DNA from: Eledone cirrhosa
Taxonomy: Eukaryota
DNA length: 64,000 nucleotides
Direction: 5' to 3'
Assembly (NCBI GenBank): GCA_964016885.1
Contig: OZ024740.1
Span: 365,056,001 to 365,120,000, forward strand
Shown: positions 41,935 through 55,300 of the stretch, piece by piece
Layout: each line of letters opens with the position of its first letter
How positions within the stretch are numbered: the first letter of the stretch is position 1
Notes under the pieces: model-generated
Database searches by the model: none
Seen by the model: the letters and a program-made list of their open reading frames with translations, nothing else
What the model was told of the DNA's origin: nothing
Translations under genes and position numbers: made by a program

Positions 41935-44900
41935 ATCATCATCAACATCATCATATTCGTTTAACGTCCATCTTCCACGCTAGCATGGGTTAGATGGGAG
42001 TTGTCCCACTTGAGGCAAGGTTGGTCGGGTGACCGTGTCTCGCTCATATAGGACTATCTGGCAGGTTTTCTACGGCTGGATTCCCTTCCTAACACCAACC
42101 ACATTTACAGTGTGGAATTGGGAACTTTTTACCGTGTTACCTACACGACCACATTACAGCGTGGACTGTGTGTTTTTTTGTCGTGATACCTACATGATCT
42201 CGATCTCATTATCTCATTTATTTGGACTGGATGTTGTGGTACCAACTTTACAGAGAGAGGGTGGTGTTGGTGGGAGTGGGTGGATAGGGTAGGGGTAGTG
42301 GATTGGTGTGTATATTTGGTTAAGAGGTGCCTACTGACTGTAGGTTTCACTTTGTACATAGGCAAGGCGGGTCTTCTGTATTATTGCGTAGCACCAAAGA
42401 TCTCAGTCCAGTGACATTGTCTTAGAGAGGTGCAAGTGTGTAAGGTTGGAATTTATCAGATCGTCCCAGGTTTTTCTGGGTCTACCTACTCCGTAACTAC
42501 CATCAATTTTGATCGCCCTGCACTTTTTTATACAGCTGTTGTCTTTCATGCGCATCACATGGCCATACCAACGTAGCCTTCTCTCAAGTAAACAGCATCT
42601 GATCCCTCTTATTCCTAATTTCTCACTTAGTTCATTTATGCTTTGCCGTTCACGTATATTACTATTACACATCCAATGGAGCATGCATGCTTCATTCCTT
42701 TCCAGTCTGCGCAGGTCCTCTGCACGTAATGCCCATGTCTCACTGCCATGTAGCATTGCTGTTCGTATACAGGCATCATACAGACTGCCTTTCATTTTTA
42801 GGGAGAAACCTTTAGCAGCCAATAGTGGTATAAGCTCTCTGAACTTTTTCCATCCCGTTCTGATTCTAGCTACTGTACTTTCAGAACACCCTCCACCACT
42901 GCTGATTTTGTCACTCAGGTAACAGAACGTGTCCACTATTTCTATAGAACCATCTGGGCAATAGAAGGAGCTAGTATCCTGTGGATACTTGCTACTTATT
43001 GCACCTGAGCATTGGCCACATATAAAGTCTACATTCTTAGATAGTTTACCTGTGATCCCACTACATCTTTTATGTACCCATACTTTGCATTTGGAACATA
43101 AAATGGAGTTTCTGCCTACTCCTTTCCTACACACAGAGCATGGCCATTTCCCAGAGGGGACCAGTGCTCTATTTTCCTTCCTACATACTAGAACTTTAGT
43201 CTTAGACAAGTTAATTTTAAGGCCTTTTGATTCTAGGCCATGCTTCCATGTTTGGAATTTCTTCTCTAGTTCAGCCATAGATTCAGCTATGAGAGTAAGA
43301 TCTGCATATAGGAGTTCCCATGGGCAGCCAGTCTTGAACTCCTCTGTTATAGTCTGAAGGGCAATTATAAATAGGAGGGGGCTAAGGACAGAGCCCTGTA
43401 GAACACCAACTTTTATGCTAAATTCTTCACTATATTCTTTGTTAATTCTAACCTTGCTGACTGTTTCTTTATACATGGCTTGTATAGCTCTCACGAGCCA
43501 TTCATCTACACCTTGTTTTCTAAGAGCCCACCAGATAATGGAGCGGGGGACTCTGTCAAAGGTTTTCTCCAAGTCAACAAAAGCTAAGTATATGGGTTTA
43601 CTTTTAGCTAGGTACTTCTCCTGTAGTTGTCGTACAAGGAAAAGAGCGTCTATGGTACTTTTACCTGACACAAACCCAAACTGCATTTCATCTAGATCAA
43701 TTCGCTCTCTGATTAATTGCGCTATAACTTTTTCTGTGACCTTCATGACCTGGTCAATTAATTTAATGCCTCTATAGTTTCCCCTATCTAGGGCATCTCC
43801 TTTACACTTGTATCATTTAATGATGATGCTGCTACGCCAGTCATTTGGTATGACCGCATTCTGTATGACTTGGTTTATTATCCAGGAGACCATAAAGTTT
43901 TCCACCGATCCAGATGCTTTCAGCATTTCAGCAACTATCTATGAAGGCCCAGCTGCTTTGCCTGTCTTCATATCTTTGATTACCTTACTTATTATACTAC
44001 CTTCAACTTGCACTGCTGGTCCCTCTATTGGATCGATTTGGGGCAGACTATCTTTTTCCCATTTATTCTCCTCATTTAGTAGCCTCTCGTAGTGACACTT
44101 CCAAGCTACCTTCTTATCAGTATCAGTGATGGCAAGTATACCATCATCATTTAGGACACACTTCTCCCTGACAATATCACGATTTTCCTTGACACATTGT
44201 CTAGCAATCCTGAACACCTCACGTTTTTGGTCTTCATGTTGTAGAACATGCTTGAACTCTCTTTCCTCTGCTTCCCTTCTTGCAAGGTGCACTTGTCTCC
44301 TAGCTTCCCTCCTGGCCATTTGATAGTGTTCCCTACTTCTCCCATCCCACCATACTTTCCAAGCCTGCTTTTTGGCCTTGATTGACTCCTCCACCTTACT
44401 GTTACTCTCCTCCTGCCTATAGGTCTGCTTCAGCCACAGATTTCATCTGTCACCTTCAGCAGGTTAACTTTCAGGTATTCCCACTGTTCCTCTATACTGT
44501 ACGTCTCTAATTGCTCTTCCTTACTGTCAAAAACATCAAGTAGTATGCTTTTAAATTTGTTACTGGCTGTTTAACTTCCATATTCTTCTTCTCAGGGTAG
44601 TCCTCCTCTGTTGTTGAGTACGTCTCGTCCTGACTATGAGGTCACTAACTATGAGGCTATGTTGGGAGGTGCATACTTCACAAGGGAGGGATTTAGTGTT
44701 TACAACCGACACTTTGTCACATCTTCTGGTAAGGATATAATCTATCTGACTGGCGTTTTCCCCTGATCTATAGGTGATCAAGTGATTGTCTTGTTTTTTG
44801 AAGTTTGCGTTGCAGATAGTTAGGTTATTTGCGTCACAGAATTCCAGAATTCTGAAGCCTTCCTTATTTCTGGTACCAAACCCGTAGCCTCCACGGATTC

Positions 44901-45075
44901 CATCATAGCCGTCACAATGTTGTCCAACATGACCATTTAGGTCACCAGCAATAATAATGTAGTCACTGTCGGTTAGTTGGGAGGTAGTGAGCATTAGCGA
45001 CTCATAGAATCTGTCTTTTATAACGCCAGGCAGTCCAGATTGGGGTGCGTAAGCGGATATTATTGTCACAGTAAT
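41935..45075 (-). mobile_element. RTE family A LINE, 5'-truncated inside the endonuclease, decayed
   Basis: SAYAPQ, GDLNGHVG, QIDYI, QFGF, QGSVLSPLLF, LLYADL (one D lost), PHD-like insert, RRLRWYGH; several stops. Confidence 0.95.
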
Positions 45076-45096
45076 TATATATATATATATATAATT

Positions 45097-47620
45097 ACTC
45101 ACAACATAAGTTTAACGTTCCAATCTTCTGTTCACACATTGGACCATACAGACACCCATTATAGATTCTTTGGGGTAGCATTTTTTCGCAGCATTTTCTA
45201 GCATGAATGTAGTATGACCCTTACACTACACTTCTTTCTCCCTATCTTTCTTTCTTCCCCTTCTTCTTTGACGGAGTGATGGTAGTGCATTATAAGCCTT
45301 CGCCCCCTCACCAGATATTCATTAGTAGATTCAGTTGCCAATACTTTGAGGGCGACTGGCCGAAAAGCTGGTTGGTTAGTCGTCCTCTTTGTCTCTGTCT
45401 CTGATTTTTCGGACCCATGGTTTTTTACATATTCCTTTGTTATATTCCAATACCTGATGATATCACTGGATTCATATGGAACCCGGTCATTAAAATGATC
45501 ATAGTATAATAAACCTTTCAAGGATTTACACCAGTCCAGCCTCCTGTTATTTTATTTCATTTATAATTAACTCCGTATTCGCACCACCAACTACACAAAC
45601 GAATATGGGTGAACTGCACTAGGTTGAGTACTCTTCACAATATTACACCAGGATTGACCATACGGAATGACCAGTTCTATCCAGTGGTGAACCAACAAAC
45701 CTAAAGAAATAATGCTCCTATAATGTTGAGCACTTCAAAATGTAATATTGAACAGCAGCACTGACTTCAGTGTACAGCTATTGCCAGCATGGGATTAACT
45801 GATCTACTTACCATTCGGATTGTGGCTGCTCTGCGCCTTATCTACCGCCACCTGATACTACTTCCTTGTCGGGATGATTCCGATTCCGACAAAACTCTAC
45901 GTATTATACTAAAACATGTATTGTATTGACTGAATTCTCTACTCTATACCTCAGGACTTTTTGTGACTCGCACTGAATTCGGAGACCCGAACTTTACACT
46001 AGGTACAACCTGTTACCATTCCATCTCCTCTCTCCTCTATATCTATATCTATATGTACAACTTGTATTATCTTACTAGAACTTGATCAATATTGATTCTT
46101 ATTTACCTTTATTAATTTTTTTTATTATTTCATTAATGTATATTTTTTTATTTTTTATTATTTTATTATTTTTTTATTATTTTATTAATGTATTTTTATC
46201 AATGTATTCTATCTTTATATTGGTATTTTATCTTTGTATGCTGCTTTCAATATTTTTTTGTAACTTTTCCTTACTCAGGTCATTATGCACCTTTCATAGC
46301 CCCCTACCCACCTAAGAACCACACTACTTATAACCCGGACTAACTGGGACTTTAAAATAATTTTGGTCTATTTGCACTTTTCATTGGGTTGCTACCTTCG
46401 ACTTGTGTGGTGGCTTTTCCTGGCTGCACGCTGGGCACTCGGAAAGTTCATCCTTCCTTGAGTGCTCAGAAAAATAAATTTCTCCTCTTTCGGTAAACGA
46501 AATTACTCGGAGCGACTTGCTTTGCCCCGGTCCCACCATGCCGCCTGTTTTGGCCGCCACATTATACTTGTACCTACAAACTCCAGGTTTAGGCATGACT
46601 ATTAGCTGTATCATGCCTCTACTGGCATGTAAATAAACCCCTCATGTGTGATTTAATAGTATTCGTTTGGTATAGACGATGGCCTGTCGAAATTGTGGAG
46701 TTCCCGCTAGCACTCCCGGGGCCTAAGGTAGCTATGTTCCTAGAGTACTTGGAAAAATTAATTTCCATTTCTTTCGCTGGACAATACCACTCAAGACTGG
46801 CTGACTCATGGTGGGGTGTGTGCTGGCTGGGACTCCCAATCGAAATCTTTACTCTATATCCCATCCTAATATCTTATCGAGATAACATTTTTTCATATAA
46901 GACTTCTCCGTAAGTTCATTAAATAAATAAATCTCGCTACCTTAATCTTTAATTCTCTAATAACTTATTTTTCAATTTATCTTTTTGCAATTTAATATTT
47001 TTAATTTAATTTAATTTCATCCTATAACTCGCAACATAAGTTTAACGTTCCAATCTTCGGTTCACACATTGGATCATACAGACACCCATTATAGATTCTT
47101 TGGGGTAGCATTTTTTCGCAGGAATGTAGTATGACACTTACACTACACTTCTTTCTCCCTATCTTTCTTTCTTCCCCTTCTTCTTTGACGGAGTGGTGGT
47201 AGTGCATTATAAGCCTTCGCACCCCTCATCAGATATTCATTAGTAGATTCAGTTGCCAACACTTTGAGGGTGACAGGCCGAGAAGCTAGTTGGTCAGTCG
47301 TCCTCTTTGTCTCTGTCTCTGATTTTTCGGACCCATGGTTTTTTACATATTCCTTTGTTATATTCCAATACCTGATGATATCACCGGATTCATATGGAAC
47401 CCGGTCATTAAAATGATCATAGTATAATAAACCTTTCAAGGATTTACACCAGTCCAGCCTCCTGTTACTTTATTTCATTTATAATTAACTCCATATTCAC
47501 ACCAACTACACAAACGAAGATGGGTGAACTGCACTGCGTTGAGTACTCTTCACAATATTACTCCAGGATTGACCATACGGAATGACCAGTTCTATCCAGT
47601 GGTGAACCAACAAACCTAAA

Positions 47621-47621
<1 letters not shown>
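45097..47621. mobile_element. Unclassified element: ~1.93-kb unit with ~600-bp direct terminal repeats between (TA)n tracts
   Basis: 45097-45706 is repeated at 47027-47621; no recognisable protein. Confidence 0.75.
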
Positions 47622-47668
<47 letters not shown>

Positions 47669-47677
47669 CGTTTCTGA

Positions 47678-47890
47678 ATTTGTCAAGACAGTAAAGAATC
47701 ATCTGTACTCCACCAACATGCTAAAATAGAACATAAGAGTAAATTAGAGAACATAGAAATAAAAATAGAATCTACACACAGAAAAGACGCAATGTTTAGA
47801 CAAATCACAGAGGCAATAGACATAAATGAACTCCAACCAAAATTAAATAGAAAACATGAATGGAATAGCAACATCACAACTTACAATTAA
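47678..47890 (+). pseudogene. C-terminal end of a PLE GIY-YIG endonuclease (absent from the ORF track)
   Basis: Hand translation: SVLHQHAKIEH..IKIESTHRKDAMFRQITEAIDINELQPKLNRKHEW*, with HxxxxH, catalytic E and LN motif. Confidence 0.7.
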
Positions 47891-48109
47891 GGACAAAATG
47901 AAAACACACACACACATAGAACAAACAACCAACCAGTAACATGTAAATAAACAAATAAATAAACAAATATAAACACACACAGACACCCGGATGTAACACA
48001 TGCGCAAACTAAGCACACAACACACACAAAAACAAGACGTCGTAGGACAGAACAGAGGAGAGGCACAAAAACAAAGAAAAGAAAAAAAAAGGAAAGAAAA
48101 GAATCCCCA

Positions 48110-48152
48110 GTCACTGAAGAGGTCACAGAATGTGTGACGAAAGAACTTAGAC
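48110..48152 (+). ncRNA. Imperfect minimal hammerhead motif downstream of the GIY-YIG remnant
   Basis: gtca CTGAAGA g gtcaca-gaatg-tgtgac GAAA gaac TT agac; stem I short and mismatched. Confidence 0.55.
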
Positions 48153-48299
48153 AATATATGAACAATCGTCTGGTTGTGGAACCAACCAACCAACCGGAAT
48201 ATATAAATTCCTAAATTTATAAATTTAATTTATAATAAATTGAAGTGAAAGCAACTGGTGCATGTGTTTCTTATTGGCAACATGACCCTCCCAAAGTAT

Positions 48300-48354
<55 letters not shown>

Positions 48355-48435
48355 TATATATATAGTAATAATAATAAATTTGAAGACTAAAATCCAAAGA
48401 GCGATTCTTTGCTTAAACTTTAATCTGTTATTTTA

Positions 48436-48483
<48 letters not shown>

Positions 48484-48698
48484 CACCATTGTCTGCAGCA
48501 TCAGTGAAATGAAGAACAACAACAGCGGCAGCAGCAACAACAACAACAACAACAACAACAGCAACAGCAGCAGCAACTACAATAACAACTACAGCACCAA
48601 CAACTGCCACCACCATCACTGACCATCCACCACCACCACACTGACACCATCCACCACCATTCACCACCACCACTGCCATTACCAGCGTAAAGCAAACA

Positions 48699-48730
<32 letters not shown>

Positions 48731-48930
48731 CAAGCTGAACTGGACTGGGAAAGGTCAACAGTTGACATGATATTGATTTTGATTTTGTATTTGTATCAGT
48801 ACTGCTGGTAATATATATATATGTTTGTGAGTGGTGCGTGTGTGGTTGTGGTTTGTATGCATGAGTGTTGGTGTGTGAGTGTGTGTGCGTGCGTCGTGTC
48901 AATAAGTTTTTTTTTAATTTTTTTTTTATG

Positions 48931-51900
48931 ACCATGCTGTAAAATGGAGGGGTAGAGAGGGCCCTTGAGTCTAGTAAGACATCCTCTCTAGTGCTGGTGG
49001 CACAAATAAAAGCACCCAGTCCATGCTGTAAAGTGGCGCTGGTGTTAGGAAGGGCATCCAACCAGTGTATCAATGCCAAAACGCTTATCAGCACAGCAAC
49101 AAATAGGAACAACAACAAAATATGAAGACGTCGCATCTCAGAGTTGCAACACTTAATGTTGGCACTCTCAGAGGTAGATCTGCTGAAATAGCGGAGACGC
49201 TGGAGAGAAAGCAGGTGGATGTGTGCTGCGTGCAAGAGGTGAGATGGAGAGGTGCCTCTGCGAGACTAGTCGTAGGCAAACGTCTTAGCTATAAGCTATT
49301 CTGGTAGGTAAGGATGATGGGTTAGGGGGAGTAGGCATTTTCCTGGCTGAGAAATGGATCACTAAGACAATAGAGGTAGTTCGAGTTAGTAATCGAATAA
49401 TTAAGCTTAGATTAGTTGTAAGCAGGAGACTACTGACAATCATCTCGGCCTATGCTCCCCAAGCAGGCCTACAAGCAGGCCTAGGCAAAGATGAGAAAGA
49501 CTGCTTTTATGAGCAACTTCTACAAACAACCGCAATGACAGAAGACAGAGACATCGTTATGCTAGCAGGAGACTTCAATGGTCATGTTGGACAGCTCCAG
49601 GATGGTTACACTGGGGTACATGTGGGCACGGTTACGGTTCAAGAAATGAAGGAGTGAGACTTCTTGAATTTTGTGATGCAGGTACATTGACTATTTGCAA
49701 CACAAACTTCCAGAAACCTGCCAATCACCTAATAACCTACAAATATGGTGAGTACATAAGCCAGATTGACTTCTTACTAGTTAGGCAGTGGGACAGGCAG
49801 ATAGTGTCTAATACCAAGGCATACCCTGGGGAAGAATGTACCCCACAGCATAGGTTAGTTGTTAGTGATATCTCAGTAAGCAAGAGATGGAATGAGACAT
49901 ATAGGAAGGTGTGGAGAAGAAAGGTCTGGAAGCTAAAAGATCTTTCACTAAAATACAAATTTAGGAAAGTCCTTCAAGATGTATATGACGAAAAATAAGA
50001 CTATTTAGAGACGTATGATATAGATAATAACTGGAATTTCTTACATTACAACTTGCTGCAGGCTACTGATGAAACTTGTGGCTGGAGCAGAGCTCCAACC
50101 AGACAGAGAGTGACCTGGTGGTGGAACAGCACAGTAGATAAGGCTATTAGAGACAAAAGACTAGCATGGAAGGCTTGGAAAAAGGGTGGGAGTAGGGAAG
50201 AATATACAGCCACTAAGAGAGAAGCTAGACGTCAGGTGTACTTAGCACGCAGGGAGGCAGAGAGTAGGAGGTTTGCAATGTTCTGCGACGGGAATATCAG
50301 AGGCGGGCGGTGTTCCACATTGCAAGGCAGTGTGTCAATGCAAATCAGGATGTTGTTGGAGATAAATGTGTCCGGGATGATGCCGGTGTACTTAGTGTCA
50401 CGAATGATCAGAAAAAGGAGGCCTGGAAATGTCATTATGAGAGACTGATGAATGTGGAGAACAAATGGGAGAGAGAGAAATTACCCTTGGTAGATCCGAC
50501 AGAGGGACCAGCTATTGAGATTGACGAATATAGGGTCCAAGAGGCGATTAGGGAAATGAAAATGGTAAGGCTGCCGGACCATCGGGAATAGTTGCTGAGA
50601 TGCTGAAGGCATCAGGGGACGTAGGCACTAAACTGGTTGCACGCATCATTAATTAGGCTATATATCGTGGTGTCATACCCAAAGACTGGTGCAGCAGTAA
50701 TCTCATAAATTGCTACAAAGATAAAGGGGATGCTCTGGAGAGGAGCAATTATAGGGGTATAAAACTGATAGATCAGGTTATGAAGTGGCAGAAAGGATTT
50801 TAGCACAACTAATTAGAGAAAGAGTCAAACTAGATGAGATGCAGTTTGGTTTTGTGCCTGGGAAGAGTACAACAGATGCCCTCTTCTTGGTGAGACAATT
50901 ACAAGAGAGGTTCTTAGAGAAGAATAAGCCACTATACTTAGCCTTTGTTGACCTAGAGAAGGCCTTTGATAGGGTACCCCGATCTGTCATCTGGTGGTCC
51001 CTAAGGAAGCTAGGTGTTGAGGAATGGCTTATGAGGACAGTGCAAACTTTGTACAGAGGTACTCTGAGTAAAGTCAGGGTAGGAATGGAGTTTAGTGAGG
51101 AATTCCAGATACAAGTAGGAGTACATCAGGGTTCGGTCCTCAGCCCGCTCTTGTTCATTATAGTCCTCCAAGCCATAACAGAGGAGTTTAAGACTGGCTG
51201 GCCATGGGAACTTCTCTATGCCGACGATCTGGTTCTTATAGCAGAATCAGTAGAGGAGCTGGAGAATAAATTCTGGCTACGGAAACAGCAGTTGGAAGCA
51301 AGAGGACTGAGAATGAACCTAGCTAAGACAAAAGTGTTGATGAGTAGAAAAGAGGACAAAACCCTGATTCCGTCAGGGAAATGGCCAGGTTCGATATGCA
51401 GAAAAGGAACTGGCATAAATTCTATAAAATGCACACAATGCAGATCCTGGGTACACAAGAGATGTAGCGGGATAGCAGGCAAACTAACAGGCAGGGAGAA
51501 ATATGTATGCAGTAGATGTACAGGGAAATTAGCATTGATAGACACATTTTTCAAATGCAGGAGGGCGCTATAGAAGTGGTGGATAGCTTCCGGTACCTAG
51601 GAGATTAGATTAGCACGGGAGGAGGGTGTTCCGAGGCCATAGTATCTAGAATAAGGACGGGTTGGAAGAAGTTTAGGGAGCTGCTTCCTCTGTTGACGAA
51701 GAAGGGTTTCTCCCTGCGTACGAAAGGCCGGTTGTATGATGCCTGTGTGAGGAGCGCGATGCTGCATGGTAGTGAGACATGGGCAGCAACTGCAGAGGAT
51801 ATGTGACGGCTGGAGAGAAATGAGGCAAGCATGCTCCGTTGGATGTGCAGTGTAAATGTGCGTGAACGACCCAGCATAAATGTGTTGAGAGAGAAACTGT

Positions 51901-52185
51901 GTCTGAGAGGGATAGAATGTAGTGTACGGGAGAGGAGACTGAGGTGGTATGGACATGTGATGCGCATGGAGGATGACCGATGGGTGAAGAAGTGCCAGTT
52001 GAAGGAAGACGTGGTAGAGGTAGACCACGAAAAACATGGGCGGAGGTGGTGAGAACAGACCTCAGATCATTGAAGCTCACGGTGGAGATGACGAAGGACC
52101 GTGACGAGTGGAGAGATGCTGTGCTGAATAAGACCCGTCCCACCCTTGCAAGCAGGGAAAAGCGGACGTAAAATGATGATGATGA

Positions 52186-52188
<3 letters not shown>
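48931..52188 (+). mobile_element. Near full-length RTE family B LINE (APE and RT), decayed
   Basis: ATG at 49122, [36 protein letters not shown], stop at 52171, (TGA)n tail; multiple stops and frameshifts. Confidence 0.95.
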
Positions 52189-52282
<94 letters not shown>

Positions 52283-52340
52283 TATATATATATATTCGTA
52301 TATATATATATATATTCATATATATATATATATATATATA

Positions 52341-55300
52341 TATTACTCTTTTACCTGTTTCAGCTATCCGGCTGAGGCCATGCTGGGGCACCGCCCTTGT
52401 TGCTACACATTTTATCTCCAGCCTGTATAGGTTGGCCACTGGTGTAAGAGGGAGTTTGTTGCTGCTGCCCTTAGGTTTCCCTCGTGTCTTGCTGTGGGCT
52501 CATCCGGGATCCAGGATAACAAGGTGTCGAGATGTTTCTTGAAGACATCCACCTCCACGTCATGCAAATCTCTCAGATCCCTCGGCAGCTTGTTGAAGAG
52601 TTGAGGGCCCTTGAATCCCAGGCTATTGCAATACCTGCTCCTTATTCTAGATGTGGAAGACGGGACCTTTGGCACCACACAGTGACGTCCTGTTCGACGA
52701 TTGGTCCAGCTCCCAATGCCAAAATTTCGTGCTAGTCCCTCCAGGATTTTCCACATGTAGATCACTGCGTATCTCTCCCGTCTTCGTTCCAAGGAATAGA
52801 GGTTCAGTTCCTTTAACCTCTCCCAGTAGCTTGTCTCCCTCATTTTGACAATCCTCTGGGTGTAGCTTCGCTGGATTGCCTCAAGCTCCGTGGTTAGTTT
52901 GACACTATGGGGTGACTACAATTGGGAGCAGTAGTCCAGGCGGCTTAGGACAAATGTCCTCCATAGTGTCAACATGGTGTCTCGATCTCTTGTCCGGAAA
53001 GTCCTCAAGATCCAGCCAGCGAGTCGTCTGCACATTGTCGCCACTTTCATGATGTGTGAAGAAAAAGATGCATCATCGCTCAAGTCTATGCCCAGGTCTC
53101 GTATCGATTTTGACACGGGGATATCGGTCTCCTGGTCCTGTGTAGTTGTGTTGTACTATATTTGTGTTTGCAGGTTTGTTTGGAGGTTCGTATTGTAGGG
53201 CTTGGAATTTGCCAGCATTAAACTGCATGTTGTTTTCTTCCGCCTATTTGTATATGGCATCCAGATCCTGCTGTAAAAGGGCAGCGTCAGCCAGGTTTTT
53301 GATTGCCTGTGCTACCTTAGTGTCATAAGCATAGCTAGTGAGGGATGTTGTTGTATGTACTACAGAGGGCATGTCTGAGAGAGCCACCAAAAACAGTAGT
53401 GGTCCCAGGACTGTCCTCTGGGGCACCCCACTTGTTATTGGTGTTTCCTTTGAGAGGGCCCCATTTGCTGCGACTGCCTGGCTTCTGTCCTTTAGGAAGT
53501 CCTGCAGCCACTCACCTACTTTTCCGGTTATGCCGAGTCCGTGTAGTTTGTGACATATCATTCCGTGGTCGACCTTGTCAAAGGCCTTCGCAAAGTCAAG
53601 ATATATCACGTCCACATGTGAGCTGTCTAATAGTTGTTTCAGTACCCAGTTGTAGTGATGTAGCAGCTGTGTAAGGCAGCTTCTTCCTGGGCGGAAGCCA
53701 TGTTGCATGCTAGTCGGAGGTCATTTTCCTCGAGGAAAGTGATCAGTTTCTTTCTGACGACTCGCTCCATGACCTTACTGATATGCGACGTCAGGGAGAC
53801 TGGCCTATAGTTTTTGGCCTCTGCTCTGCTACCTCCTTTATGGATGGGGCATATTGTGCCTTCTTTCAGCTCCCTGAGTAGTACACCGCTAGCCAAGGAG
53901 CTTCTGAAGAGCATCTTCAGTGGTGTTGCTAAGGCCCGCTTACATATTTTTAAGAGAACTGCTGGGAATCCATCAGGTCCAGCAGCCGAGTCTATTCTAA
54001 TTTCATCAATGGCGTACATCACATCCTCCTCCGTTATGTCTATGTGGTTGATGGTTGCCATTTCTTCATGTAGTGTTGTGGCATCAAAGAACTCCTCTGG
54101 CTTCGTTATTTGCATGTGCCTCAGTGGACATGTGAACACACTTTTGTACTGTTCGTTCAGTATTTTACATATCTCTTGGGGGTTTTCGGTTAATGAACCG
54201 TCCGTATGGAAGAGTGGCCCAATCTTGCAGTGTACTGAGGCAGTTTCTTTTGCAAATTTAAAGAAGGCCTTAGGGTTTGTTTTAATGTTTTCTATGGCCC
54301 TGTTCTCTTTCTTTGCCCTCTCATTCTCATGGGAAAGCTTGAGTGCAATCTCGGTGCCAAGTAATGCACATTTCAAATAGGATTCCTTCTTGTTTTTGTT
54401 TTGTTGACTATTCAACTTGTTTGAGAGTTTGGTTCTACGTCTCAAGGATTTTCCTATCTCTGGGAATAAGATTTTTGTGTCTGTTTGCCTCTTTCTCCGG
54501 GACAAACTTTTTGCATATAGTGTGTATCGTTGTCATGAAGTGTTGAAATTGTGTGTTAGTGTCTTGTGTGGCGGTGTTTTCACTCCATGTTTCGTTTCGG
54601 ACTTCTCTCTTAATCTTTTTCCAGTTAGCTTTGTAGAAGTTAAGGCTGGATAACATCTCGGGGCTTCTTGGTGGTTTTGTCTCTGTTGGTTCTCTTGGAC
54701 CACATATCATTAGCTCTACTAAGTTATGATCCGAGAGAATTGTTGGTGTCACCTTTACATTGTGGATGAGCACTTCGTTGTTTGTAAAACAGAGGTCCAG
54801 GACATTTTCGCCTCTTGTTGGGAGGAGTATTGCTTGCTCCATGAACAGCCTGTGTGTGAGGGCCATCAGGGATTCCGTCTGTCTCTGTTCTATTGACGTC
54901 ATTCCAGGGAGGAGGTGGCCCTCAGGCCATTTGACCTTTGGTAGGTTGAAGTCTCCCAGCAGTAGAATGTTGAGACCCTGGTCCAGTTTGTCAAGGACCT
55001 CTTCTATCCTACTTAGGCTATCCTCAAATTTACCCTCATGACTGGGGACATCGGGCGGCCGATATGTGACACATATTACTGTCTGTAGTTGCTTCATATG
55101 TACTATCAGTGTGTCACAGACTGAGTTTGAATGTGTCAACAGTACAATTGGTGTGACATCTTCACGGATATACAGAGCAACCCCACCATGAGTTCTCTCC
55201 TTCCTGTCCGAACGAAATACAGTATATTTCGGTATATGTATTTCTGCATCTGCTATACTGCTTGTCAGGTGCGTTTCGGTTAGTGCCATGCATAATGCTT

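Noticed and set aside
48428-49235. 244-aa ORF with poly-Cys and poly-Asn
   Set aside because: Antisense of the RTE 5' end plus trinucleotide repeats.
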